A stretch of DNA of 64,000 nt, taken from the IMG/VR virus record IMGVR_UViG_3300045988_135688. The stretch is one strand, 5' to 3'. The position numbers were made by a program, and so were the translations under genes. The notes under the pieces are model-generated. The model made no database searches. It was given only the letters and a program-made list of their open reading frames with translations, and was not told the DNA's origin. This stretch comes from a virus. Each line of letters starts with the position of its first letter. Position 1 is the first letter of the stretch. Shown here in pieces: positions 27,325 through 35,458 of the stretch.

Positions 27325-27765
27325 ATGTATAAATCAAGACAAATAGCAGATTGGATAATACATAAGACACATGGCAATATAACACATTCAAAATTACAAA
27401 AATTGTTATATTATTGCCAAGCGTGGCATTATACAATTTTCAATGAGGTTTTATTTGATGAAAGAATTGAAGCATGGGCGCACGGCCCTGTTGTACCATC
27501 CCAATTCAGCAGATTTAATAACATAGATTTTTTCCAAAACATAAAAGTAAAAGATTGTGAGAACATTAAACTGAAAAGTAAAACAGAACAATTACTGAAT
27601 GAAGTTGTTGGAATATACAATAAATGTACTGATAGACACCTTGAATTATTGGTAAAAAGAGAAGTTCCTTGGAGAGAAACAAGAGGAAATATACCAGAGT
27701 TTAAGAAATGCCAAAAAGAAATAAAATTGGACCTAATGAAACAATATTATATAAATCTAAATTAA
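27325..27765 (+). CDS. Panacea/DUF4065 (SocA/GepA-like) domain protein 1
   Basis: HSKLQKLLYYCQAWHYTIFNEVLFDERIEAWAHGPVVP is the characteristic N-terminal Panacea pattern. ORF track 27244; first plausible ATG at 27325. Confidence 0.7.
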   Translation: MYKSRQIADWIIHKTHGNITHSKLQKLLYYCQAWHYTIFNEVLFDERIEAWAHGPVVPSQFSRFNNIDFFQNIKVKDCENIKLKSKTEQLLNEVVGIYNKCTDRHLELLVKREVPWRETRGNIPEFKKCQKEIKLDLMKQYYINLN

Positions 27766-27918
27766 AGTTGAAAACCCAATTTTTGTCGCATAAAACAGTT
27801 GTAAATACCAAATATTATATTTACCTTTGCATTATCATAAAGCATCCGTTAATGGATATAGCTTAAATAGTTAGAGTTCGCAAAAAAATAACTGCTTTTT
27901 TTAAATTTATTCATTTAG

Positions 27919-27954
27919 GCAAGAGAAAGGCTCAATCTGTTCTCTTGCTTTTTT
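27919..27954 (+). terminator. Intrinsic terminator
   Basis: GCAAGAGAA-N12-TTCTCTTGC followed by TTTTTT. Confidence 0.65.
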
Positions 27955-27970
27955 ATGTGCAAACGTAAAG

Positions 27971-28444
27971 TCATTGAATTAAATCTTTCTTATAAAACAA
28001 TCTAGTTGTTTCTTTTGAAATTTCCACATGACACTTATCTGCCTCTCTATAGCCAATTCTAGCTTCTTTCCAAGGTTTTTCGTTGCAAATTGACGCTTCC
28101 AATTCAAACATTGTCCAAGTATATAATTCCTCCAAAATACTAATAACAAAATCCTGTTGGTCTTGCGTCAACTTTTCAAATTCCTTATCTACATCTTTTT
28201 GGGTTTCATTTGAATAGGTCAATTCTTCATACAGCATATATTTATCATTAAGACTACCGTAAACCTTACGACTAATAGGGCCATGTACCCATGCCTCAAA
28301 AGAATCCTCAATTAATTCTTTATCAAAATATGCCAAATGATAAGCATCGCAGTAAAATAATAATTTCTGCAATTTCAAGTGTGACATTGGCCCATAATGT
28401 TTTAAAATATAATCTGATAAAATTATAGAATCTATAGTTCCCAT
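27971..28444 (-). CDS. Panacea/DUF4065 (SocA/GepA-like) domain protein 2
   Basis: HLKLQKLLFYCDAYHLAYFDKELIEDSFEAWVHGPISRKVY. Convergent with protein 1. Confidence 0.75.
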   Translation of the reverse strand: MGTIDSIILSDYILKHYGPMSHLKLQKLLFYCDAYHLAYFDKELIEDSFEAWVHGPISRKVYGSLNDKYMLYEELTYSNETQKDVDKEFEKLTQDQQDFVISILEELYTWTMFELEASICNEKPWKEARIGYREADKCHVEISKETTRLFYKKDLIQ

Positions 28445-28558
28445 ATTTTTAGGTATTACAAAACAATTAACATTATTTATCTATTTAAACATTGCAAATA
28501 TATCATATTTTCTGTTACTTTGCACTATGTAAATGAACCATTACGATGTTTTTAATTT

Positions 28559-28597
28559 GGCAGCAGGCAGATGTGAATCTTTACTGTTGCCTTTTTT
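28559..28597 (+). terminator. Intrinsic terminator with no upstream plus-strand gene
   Basis: GGCAGCAG-N17-CTGTTGCC followed by TTTTTTG. Confidence 0.5.
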
Positions 28598-28621
28598 GTT
28601 TAAAATACATACCTTTGCACT

Positions 28622-28837
28622 ATGGACAATGAAAGAGAAATATTATCGAAACTTGACGCTATCATACAGAACCAAAAGGTTTTGTATGAGAATCAAATTG
28701 TAATCTTTCAAACTTTAGCATCAATCGGACAAAAGGTTTACAGCCAAAGTGATTTCAAGAGTTTTATGATAAATATGGTAGCAAACGGAATAACAGAAAG
28801 AGTAGAAGCCAATGATCAACAAAGAAGAAATATCTAA
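28622..28837 (+). CDS. Hypothetical protein (71 aa), probably leaderless
   Basis: -7 box TACCTTTG ends 5 nt before the ATG. Confidence 0.5.
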   Translation: MDNEREILSKLDAIIQNQKVLYENQIVIFQTLASIGQKVYSQSDFKSFMINMVANGITERVEANDQQRRNI

Positions 28838-29624
28838 GATTGCAGACTATTACTTCCAAGCAAAAAGACTTGCAAACGGTATAAAATCGTCAACCAGAGA
28901 GCGTGCGGAGAAGTTCTCTAAAGACCTTCTAGCCATATTCCTTTTAGCAGGGGCTAAATCGTTCAAGTCAATATCAAAACTCCCGGATAGCCAAAAAGAA
29001 AAAGTGCTAGAACTGACCAAAAAGTTCCGTGAGGATATATATAACGACATATACCAATATGTACTGGAAAGCAATAAACTGTCACTAGAACTAAACGATG
29101 ATCTTGGATGGGAGTATATTTCAATGACGGACAACGGCATTAAGGAATACATGGAAAGGACATACGGTGGAGAAACGACAAAGCAGAGAATAAACACAAA
29201 TACAAACAGATTCCGCGCTGTTGTTGAAGTATATCTTGCCAATACATTACTGTCAATAAAAACGAACAATATAGAAAAAATAACGGATGAGGTTCAAAAG
29301 AAGATATGGAACAACATATCATCACCATATAACGTATCATTTATTCCGCCAAGCAAACAGAAACACTATGGGAGAGGATATGCTACAAACGGTATAAGCC
29401 AGTTGTATGTTATAGAACAACAGATGATTCTAGGAATTTTCAATGAAGCAAATTACAACTCATGGAAAAACATTCCAAATTTCAAGGGATGGAGGACAGC
29501 AGTAACGTCTAAAAATCCATGCCAGTTCTGCATTGACGAGCAATACAGAATACACACAGACAGACCTAAGCTGCCGTTCCATGCCCATTGCTTGTGTATA
29601 TTATATCCGGTGTTTAATACATAA
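28812..29624 (+). CDS. Head morphogenesis / minor capsid protein (SPP1 gp7 / Mu F-like)
   Basis: The C-terminal motif NPCQFCIDEQYRIHTDRPKLPFHAHCLCILYP resembles the conserved Cys/His end of the Mu F family. Confidence 0.65.
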   Translation: MINKEEISKIADYYFQAKRLANGIKSSTRERAEKFSKDLLAIFLLAGAKSFKSISKLPDSQKEKVLELTKKFREDIYNDIYQYVLESNKLSLELNDDLGWEYISMTDNGIKEYMERTYGGETTKQRINTNTNRFRAVVEVYLANTLLSIKTNNIEKITDEVQKKIWNNISSPYNVSFIPPSKQKHYGRGYATNGISQLYVIEQQMILGIFNEANYNSWKNIPNFKGWRTAVTSKNPCQFCIDEQYRIHTDRPKLPFHAHCLCILYPVFNT

Positions 29625-30624
29625 TAACTTGATAATCAACATACCATTGAGTAACATTACCATAAGATGGGGGATTACCAGCATCAACCACGTCATTACG
29701 GGTAAATGATTTAGGAATATTTGTGCACGAAGGCATCAATATATTACCTGACCATTGACCTGTATAAGATCCATCTTTCGCTCTCCATCTATATCTAGCG
29801 TATGGTCTGCCGGATGAAGCAACGTAATCACTAGAAGTGTTATTTGTAATGTTTAATCTGCATTTAGAAGAAGTAGACCCATTTGTCAACTGTCCGTAAA
29901 CAGAGAATCCAGAAGCGTTGGCTGTTGTATCTCCAAGTGTAATAGAAAGACTTTGAGTAACCACTATCGGCTTACGAATAAATCCGTCAGATGTAGTAGG
30001 GATTAAGCATAATACATTTCCACTGTAATCACAAAAATAACCCTTAATATAAATATATGTATCCCCCATAGATATGAGATTATTGCGATTAAGGGTAATT
30101 GAAATTTTTCCTGTACTATCAATACTACTTACAACGAAAACTCCAGAATCCACCAACTTCTTTAATTGATTATATACTTCCACCTTTATCTTCATATTAG
30201 ACCAAGTAAATCCCCCAAGTATTTTACCCCAATTATACCTAGAATCAGCCCAATATGGTGAAATTGTAAGTACAAACGTTGTCTTTGTAGCATCTACAGG
30301 ATTAGTTAGGATATCTTTATCTATTGTAAGAGGTTTAGCCCCATGATCGTATCCATCAAAATCAGTAAGCCTATACCATGTTTTAGGTCTATCATATACT
30401 AATTTCTTATTTACAGAATCATAAATTATACCAGGTAAACTAGCGTTGTCAAATGAAGGGCTAGACGCTTCTTTGGGTTTTATATAACTCCACATATTAA
30501 TTTTTTCGCTAAGACAAGCATACCCTAAATCATAGCCATTACTAGTAGCACCAATACCAAGGGTAGGATATACATCACCACCCAAATTAATGGGTGCGGT
30601 GATTTTACCGTTAGAGTGACCCAT
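29614..30624 (-). CDS. Cassette B large protein (336 aa from MGHSNG); paralogue of 12057-13136 at N-terminus only
   Basis: See cassette A. The ORF track starts at GTG 30630; the conserved ATG is at 30624. Confidence 0.7.
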   Translation of the reverse strand: MGHSNGKITAPINLGGDVYPTLGIGATSNGYDLGYACLSEKINMWSYIKPKEASSPSFDNASLPGIIYDSVNKKLVYDRPKTWYRLTDFDGYDHGAKPLTIDKDILTNPVDATKTTFVLTISPYWADSRYNWGKILGGFTWSNMKIKVEVYNQLKKLVDSGVFVVSSIDSTGKISITLNRNNLISMGDTYIYIKGYFCDYSGNVLCLIPTTSDGFIRKPIVVTQSLSITLGDTTANASGFSVYGQLTNGSTSSKCRLNITNNTSSDYVASSGRPYARYRWRAKDGSYTGQWSGNILMPSCTNIPKSFTRNDVVDAGNPPSYGNVTQWYVDYQVIMY

Positions 30625-30889
30625 AATCACCCCCTTCCTCTATAACGGTAAAAGAACCTTTACAAACAACAATGCCATTATAACTGATACTACGACAATG
30701 AATATCGCCATCAATTATAACAGCATCAGAAATGTCATAATCACTAGGAAGTTCCCCACCACATAGTGTTATAACTTCGACTGCCCCTGTGCAGCTAGAC
30801 TGCCCCTGTGCAGCTAGACTGCCCCTGTGCTCCCTCGCTTCGCTTCGGTCGCACACCAAATTTCCATTTACAAACAAATTAATTTTCAT
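30611..30889 (-). CDS. Cassette B small beta-helix-like protein (92 aa), intact, reads through a 19-nt tandem array
   Basis: ORF track. MKINLFVNGNLVCDRSEAREHRG... has the same N-terminus and 41-nt box as cassette A. Its start overlaps the iscB stop (ATGA). Confidence 0.65.
   Translation of the reverse strand: MKINLFVNGNLVCDRSEAREHRGSLAAQGQSSCTGAVEVITLCGGELPSDYDISDAVIIDGDIHCRSISYNGIVVCKGSFTVIEEGGDYGSL
30776..30832. repeat. 19-nt tandem repeat x3 (minus strand unit GCACAGGGGCAGTCTAGCT)
   Basis: gactgcccctgtgc at 30779, 30798 and 30817 (period 19). Forms a GCAG-TCTAG-CTGC hairpin. Confidence 0.9.
30825..30865. other. 41-nt GC-rich box, identical to 13349-13389
   Basis: Direct comparison of the two loci. 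Confidence 0.85.
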
Positions 30890-32130
30890 AAATTTACTTT
30901 CGTTCGCTTTTCAATTAATATACTTTTTCTTGTATCTATCAACCGCAAATGCTTACAATTGATAGAACCTTTGTTTACTTTTGTACCGTCAAGTTTCCGA
31001 ATATCAAAGTAACCACTATTTCTCCTACTAAAAATGTAATACAACTCTTTTTGGTATTCAACCAAGTCAAACAATCTAAATCCTTTCACTAAGAATGGTG
31101 CTTGATTGAGTTTCTTTCTGCCACCTTTCAAGAAATTAGCTTTGTGTATTTGTCTGTTTTGGCATCTTACCTTCTTCTGATAGAAATAATAACCTAAAGG
31201 TTTAGCCACAGGATTATCACTGATACACCTTGCATCAACATAATGCTCTTTAGGAAGATTGTTAGTGATACGGGTATTCTTCGTGATATAGCCAAAAGTC
31301 ATACTTACATTAGGATAGATATTCTTTAGCCTATCATAGAAACTCCATCGCATAATCCCCATAAAGGCAGCATTTCTAAATGACTTTCCACGCTTTACAT
31401 TTAATTCAAACTCACCTCTATGATATGCCTTATGGCAAGTTTCACAAAGGGTAATCAAGTTGTTTGGGCTATCACCTCCAGTCTTTCTGCTCTCTATGTG
31501 ATGCACATTCAAGACTTTATCTTTACTCTTACCCTTACAATGTTGGCAAATATGATTATCTCTAAATAACACATATTCACGCACATTGAAGAAATCAAGC
31601 TGTTCTCCTTGTTGGTATTCACTGCCAGATATACTTGGATTATTAATCTTTTGTATATCAAAAGCAGCCGTTTCAACTACGATATTAGTTATCGGTAGGA
31701 ACTTATGTATCTTCTCAACAATAGTCAAATGAGTTTGGATTTTGTTTTCAATAGATGGTGCTATCCAACCTTTACGCTTGGAAGATACCCTATTATTGAA
31801 ACGAGCCTTGCGATAACGAAGCCTACTCCTACGGGTTCTTCTTAATTCCCTACGAGTAGATAGCTTATCCACAATATCGTTTCTCAATTCCACATCTGCT
31901 GCATACAATTCCTTCTCACTTGTTGTTGCTGAAATGCCGATATGCTTGCTACCAGCATCTACACCCAAACTTACGGGCTGTGTATAATCTGTTGTGTCAT
32001 AATCCAATTGAATTGTGAACGGAATACGGCACACAACATGGGCTAGACTGTTTTTTAACAGCCTTCTCACCTTACCAAACCTTTCGGTTGGCATAAGTGC
32101 TTGTCCTTGTTTGTTAATTACGTAAACCAT
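30886..32130 (-). CDS. iscB: IscB RNA-guided nuclease (PLMP, split RuvC, bridge helix, HNH)
   Basis: VYVINKQGQALMPTERFGKVRRLL (PLMP). LGVDAGSKHIGISA (RuvC-I). Arg-rich RRELRRTRRSRLRYRKARFNNR. IVVETAAFD (RuvC-II). HNH CQHCKG...HHIESRKTGGDSPNNLITLCETCH. EHYVDARC (RuvC-III). Confidence 0.9.
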   Translation of the reverse strand: MVYVINKQGQALMPTERFGKVRRLLKNSLAHVVCRIPFTIQLDYDTTDYTQPVSLGVDAGSKHIGISATTSEKELYAADVELRNDIVDKLSTRRELRRTRRSRLRYRKARFNNRVSSKRKGWIAPSIENKIQTHLTIVEKIHKFLPITNIVVETAAFDIQKINNPSISGSEYQQGEQLDFFNVREYVLFRDNHICQHCKGKSKDKVLNVHHIESRKTGGDSPNNLITLCETCHKAYHRGEFELNVKRGKSFRNAAFMGIMRWSFYDRLKNIYPNVSMTFGYITKNTRITNNLPKEHYVDARCISDNPVAKPLGYYFYQKKVRCQNRQIHKANFLKGGRKKLNQAPFLVKGFRLFDLVEYQKELYYIFSRRNSGYFDIRKLDGTKVNKGSINCKHLRLIDTRKSILIEKRTKVNL

Positions 32131-32340
32131 TTTTACTATAAGTCGGATTTATCCGTTAAATGCTCATCGACAATGTTATAGAGAGGTTTTCCGTCAGTAA
32201 CACTATTCCTACCCCACAGAATTGTTTAATCACTGACCTTAGAGCAAGGGGCTTGAGCAAACACCCACTTGGTAACTATATATTCTCTCCTAACGCTTAG
32301 TCTAATCAACTTGGGCTTTTAGCCTAATGGGTAACTGACT
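30886..32340 (-). mobile_element. IscB-type OMEGA element (iscB plus omega-RNA scaffold, no tnpA)
   Basis: Span of the iscB ORF plus the scaffold homologous to 11195-11392. Ends are not defined. Confidence 0.55.
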
Positions 32341-32360
32341 TATGCTATAACCACTCCTAC
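32131..32360 (-). ncRNA. IscB omega-RNA (HEARO-like): ~210-nt scaffold plus ~20-nt candidate guide at 32341-32360
   Basis: 340-nt ORF-free leader directly upstream of iscB, where omega-RNAs are known to be encoded. Homologous to 11195-11392 with a covarying helix (32285-32294 / 32175-32185). Confidence 0.7.
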
Positions 32361-32449
32361 TAGTTTTTCTATGAAAATAATTTAAAATCCAAGCAACAGT
32401 CTATAAGACAAATGTTGTTTTAAAATCTTCGATGGTAGCAAAATTACCA

Positions 32450-32457
32450 CAAATATA
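32450..32457 (-). promoter_or_regulatory. -7 box TAtaTTTG upstream of omega-RNA/iscB
   Basis: + strand caaatata = minus-strand TATATTTG. Confidence 0.45.
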
Positions 32458-32471
32458 ATAAATATTGTGAA

Positions 32472-33164
32472 TTAATTGTTTATTAGCTCTAAATAAAGTA
32501 TAGAATTTACATCTTTCTCTATCTTTGACACAACACTTTCATCAAATTTATCCTCGTCAATGCTTTTTATGTAGTCAACCAAAGAATGAATCTTCCTGTT
32601 AGTGTAAATAATAGCAGAACGAACATCATCAATCATCACGCTGTTTGAAGCCTTATCCATCTCCTTGTCTGCAAAAGTTCTCTCATGTATAGTTCCATCT
32701 TCCTCAATTTTGTATGAAGGAATTTTGAAGAACTCACATACATCAAAACGGCTCATAAGACTAACTGCACTCATCATGCTTGTAATATCATCATCAGAGC
32801 AATCCAAGACGATATCCCTATAATCTTCACACACCAAACAACTTTTAAAAGAAAAATATGGAATATCATCTTCCGAATCAAAAGTCCATGTTTCTTTATA
32901 CTCGTTTGTCTTTATTTCAACAAACCTAGAATGATCATAGCCAACAGACTTATATTCATTGATAACATCAATCCATCCTGTAAGTTTAGACATTGTATCA
33001 TTAATATATTTTCCATACAAAACAACATCATAATACAATGCAGGTAAAGCATTATCACGGGAAGAGAAAGTTACAGGCTTAGAAATAGATTCCAAAACGG
33101 ATAACTTACCCAACACAAAATTAAATATATCAGCTAAAGGATATTCACTCTTTATTCGTTTCAT
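32472..33164 (-). CDS. Hypothetical protein (230 aa)
   Basis: ORF track; last gene of the minus-strand early module. No motif recognised. Confidence 0.6.
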   Translation of the reverse strand: MKRIKSEYPLADIFNFVLGKLSVLESISKPVTFSSRDNALPALYYDVVLYGKYINDTMSKLTGWIDVINEYKSVGYDHSRFVEIKTNEYKETWTFDSEDDIPYFSFKSCLVCEDYRDIVLDCSDDDITSMMSAVSLMSRFDVCEFFKIPSYKIEEDGTIHERTFADKEMDKASNSVMIDDVRSAIIYTNRKIHSLVDYIKSIDEDKFDESVVSKIEKDVNSILYLELINN

Positions 33165-33183
33165 TCTAAACTATAAATAAAAT

Positions 33184-33232
33184 CGGATGGAGGAAAACCC
33201 GAAATATGGCAAAAAAGATAAACCTCCATCCG
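33184..33232 (-). terminator. Stem-loop after SSB-like gene
   Basis: CGGATGGAGG-N29-CCTCCATCCG, followed on the minus strand by ATTTTATTTAT. Confidence 0.45.
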
Positions 33233-33296
33233 CAAACAAAAACAAGAATTTGATCAATACAGGCAAAAACCACACATTTCGGATAGCATTGCAATG

Positions 33297-33632
33297 CTAA
33301 AAGGGTAAATCATCCCGTCTTTCAGGCTGGACAGGTGCAGGTGATGGAGCTTGTGCTGGTTGCGGCATATCTATCTTAAAACACCCAACTTCATTGTAAT
33401 ATTTACCCTGGTATTCTCTTGCTCTGATTTCAAGATGGGCAGTAATAGTATCACCCTCTTTCAATTGAAGATCACACAGGGTGCCCATTACATAGAAATA
33501 CACCTCTTTGGAATACATGGAACCAATTTCCTCAACGAGATAATTTCTCTTCTGCCAAGGATTACCTGCCTTACTTGTACCAGCCTGTAACTGACCTACT
33601 TTCTTTACTTTACAATTTAATACTAAATCCAT
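33297..33632 (-). CDS. SSB-like OB-fold protein (DUF3127-like) with SSB-type acidic tip DDLPF
   Basis: 111 aa. Pro/Ala-rich linker PQPAQAPSPAPVQPE, then RRDDLPF at the C-terminus, the canonical SSB partner-binding tail. Confidence 0.65.
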   Translation of the reverse strand: MDLVLNCKVKKVGQLQAGTSKAGNPWQKRNYLVEEIGSMYSKEVYFYVMGTLCDLQLKEGDTITAHLEIRAREYQGKYYNEVGCFKIDMPQPAQAPSPAPVQPERRDDLPF

Positions 33633-33636
33633 TTTT

Positions 33637-33837
33637 TTATTTTTTATATTTCTCCTCTTTTATTTTGTCTAATTCTCTCATTGCAGACAGCCTTCTTTTG
33701 TGAGCGTCCACCCTTATCCAGAAAACCTTCCAGCTAACTTCCTTACCGTTAGTTGTGTTCTCTTTAAGTATCTTGCCACATTTAAAAATCTCGTTGACAA
33801 GATAATCATACCGTTCTTTATCATAGCAATATCTCAT
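33637..33837 (-). CDS. Hypothetical protein (66 aa)
   Basis: ORF track; operon context. Confidence 0.5.
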   Translation of the reverse strand: MRYCYDKERYDYLVNEIFKCGKILKENTTNGKEVSWKVFWIRVDAHKRRLSAMRELDKIKEEKYKK

Positions 33838-33896
33838 GCGACAAAAGTAATATTAAAAAATAAACTAATACAGAAAACGATATTAAAAATAGTTAA

Positions 33897-34493
33897 TCAA
33901 ATGGTTAATTCTTCCTCTTCCTCTTTCGACAATGCTTCCACGTCACCATCTTCACCTTTAGGAAAATACAGTTCGTCAAGATAATTGCTTGCTTCACTCT
34001 TTTCAGTAAAACTCTTTATAACACTTCCCCGTTTGCTAACGACACGGTAACTAATATTATCCTCTGCTACAACTTTGTAACAATTTAAATCATCCACATC
34101 TACAACATCGGGAGCATTATCATCAATACGCATCATGCTCAATATATGAGAATACTCGTTCACCTTCACCGTACAGGAAAAAACATTAGGAACTGGTTCT
34201 ATTATCAATCCGGCATTTATCAATGAATCAAAAACAGAACGCCTGGGCTTATATTTCAGTTGCCTCCTTATAAACTTCAACGTTATCATATTATCTCCCC
34301 TCTGTGCGGATAATACGCACAAACGTAATACCCGTAACGCATCAATACTACATAGAGGTGAAAGGTACTTGTACAACTGGACAGGAGTAAATTTATGGTA
34401 ATAATCAAATACTCCCTCTTCCTCTATTTCCCTTACACGCCTTTCCCTTTCCTTGTTCCTTACCGTCAAATTAGTGGTTTTCCTTACCGACAT
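33897..34493 (-). CDS. Hypothetical protein (198 aa)
   Basis: ORF track; operon context. Confidence 0.6.
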   Translation of the reverse strand: MSVRKTTNLTVRNKERERRVREIEEEGVFDYYHKFTPVQLYKYLSPLCSIDALRVLRLCVLSAQRGDNMITLKFIRRQLKYKPRRSVFDSLINAGLIIEPVPNVFSCTVKVNEYSHILSMMRIDDNAPDVVDVDDLNCYKVVAEDNISYRVVSKRGSVIKSFTEKSEASNYLDELYFPKGEDGDVEALSKEEEEELTI

Positions 34494-34496
34494 AGA

Positions 34497-35183
34497 CTAC
34501 CCTTTCCATGTATCGTTTTCCTTTATCCATTTACGTTCATCATCACTAAGATCACCTGTTGATTCACGATGATATACACACTTGTTGCATAACCCTGCCT
34601 TGGCACGTACACACTTGTCGCAATCGTATGGGAAAAACGCTATGGTGGTCTTGTCATAGAAATCCTCACTAGCATCATCGTCAGAAAGCCATCCTTTGAA
34701 CTTTGCAAGCATATCAAGCGCACCTTTCACATCCTTAAAATCAGCAGTGTCTATATCAGAACGCTTTAGGAAACTTTCTATAAGGCTTATCGCATCTTCA
34801 AATTCAAGGTTATCCTTGTTTATCAAAGTCTTTGTCTTTTCCTTATTCTCACCTTCCAATACACGCCTCATGGATGGTGTCACATAATCGGAAGCAAGCA
34901 TGGAAGATTTGGCATAATTGACAATCTGGGTTATCCTTGGAGAATTAACCCATTGCTTGGCTTTCATAAGCAAAGAACGCTCTGACATACCCTCGTCAAC
35001 AACGTGTGTAGCTCTGTAAAACAAGACAGGATTGGTATCTATGACATAAGCGGACGCAGCCCATAACTCCATCTCATTCGCATCATCAATATGCTTTGCT
35101 ATATCAATCTTCTTCTGTTTTTCATCGTCAATAAGAAGATTGTTACTAAGGGGAAGTTTACCCCATCCTTTATTCAAACCCAT
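34497..35183 (-). CDS. Hypothetical protein (228 aa) with C-terminal Cys cluster
   Basis: ORF track. CDKCVRAKAGLCNKCVYH suggests metal binding. Confidence 0.6.
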   Translation of the reverse strand: MGLNKGWGKLPLSNNLLIDDEKQKKIDIAKHIDDANEMELWAASAYVIDTNPVLFYRATHVVDEGMSERSLLMKAKQWVNSPRITQIVNYAKSSMLASDYVTPSMRRVLEGENKEKTKTLINKDNLEFEDAISLIESFLKRSDIDTADFKDVKGALDMLAKFKGWLSDDDASEDFYDKTTIAFFPYDCDKCVRAKAGLCNKCVYHRESTGDLSDDERKWIKENDTWKG

Positions 35184-35458
35184 TATCTTTCCTCCTTTAT
35201 CCTAGACTTTATCTCCCTTACCCTCTCGTCAAGCTCAGAAGAATATTTAAAAAGATTGTATATGCTACTCCTGTCAATACATAGGAAATCAGAAATTTCA
35301 GATATACTTAAACCCATGTCACGCATGACACAGCACACAAGCGCACGGTTCATCACAATATCATGCTTCCTGCTTTTCCTGTTAACATCAGTATCGGAGA
35401 GTCCGCTTGCCGCTAGAACTCTCCTAAAAACCAAAGCGTTATCAGCCTTTTTCCCCAT
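35183..35458 (-). CDS. Small HTH protein (DnaA domain IV-like)
   Basis: HDIVMNRALVCCVMRDMGLSISEISDFLCIDRSSIYN resembles the DnaA C-terminal HTH pattern. Confidence 0.5.
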   Translation of the reverse strand: MGKKADNALVFRRVLAASGLSDTDVNRKSRKHDIVMNRALVCCVMRDMGLSISEISDFLCIDRSSIYNLFKYSSELDERVREIKSRIKEER

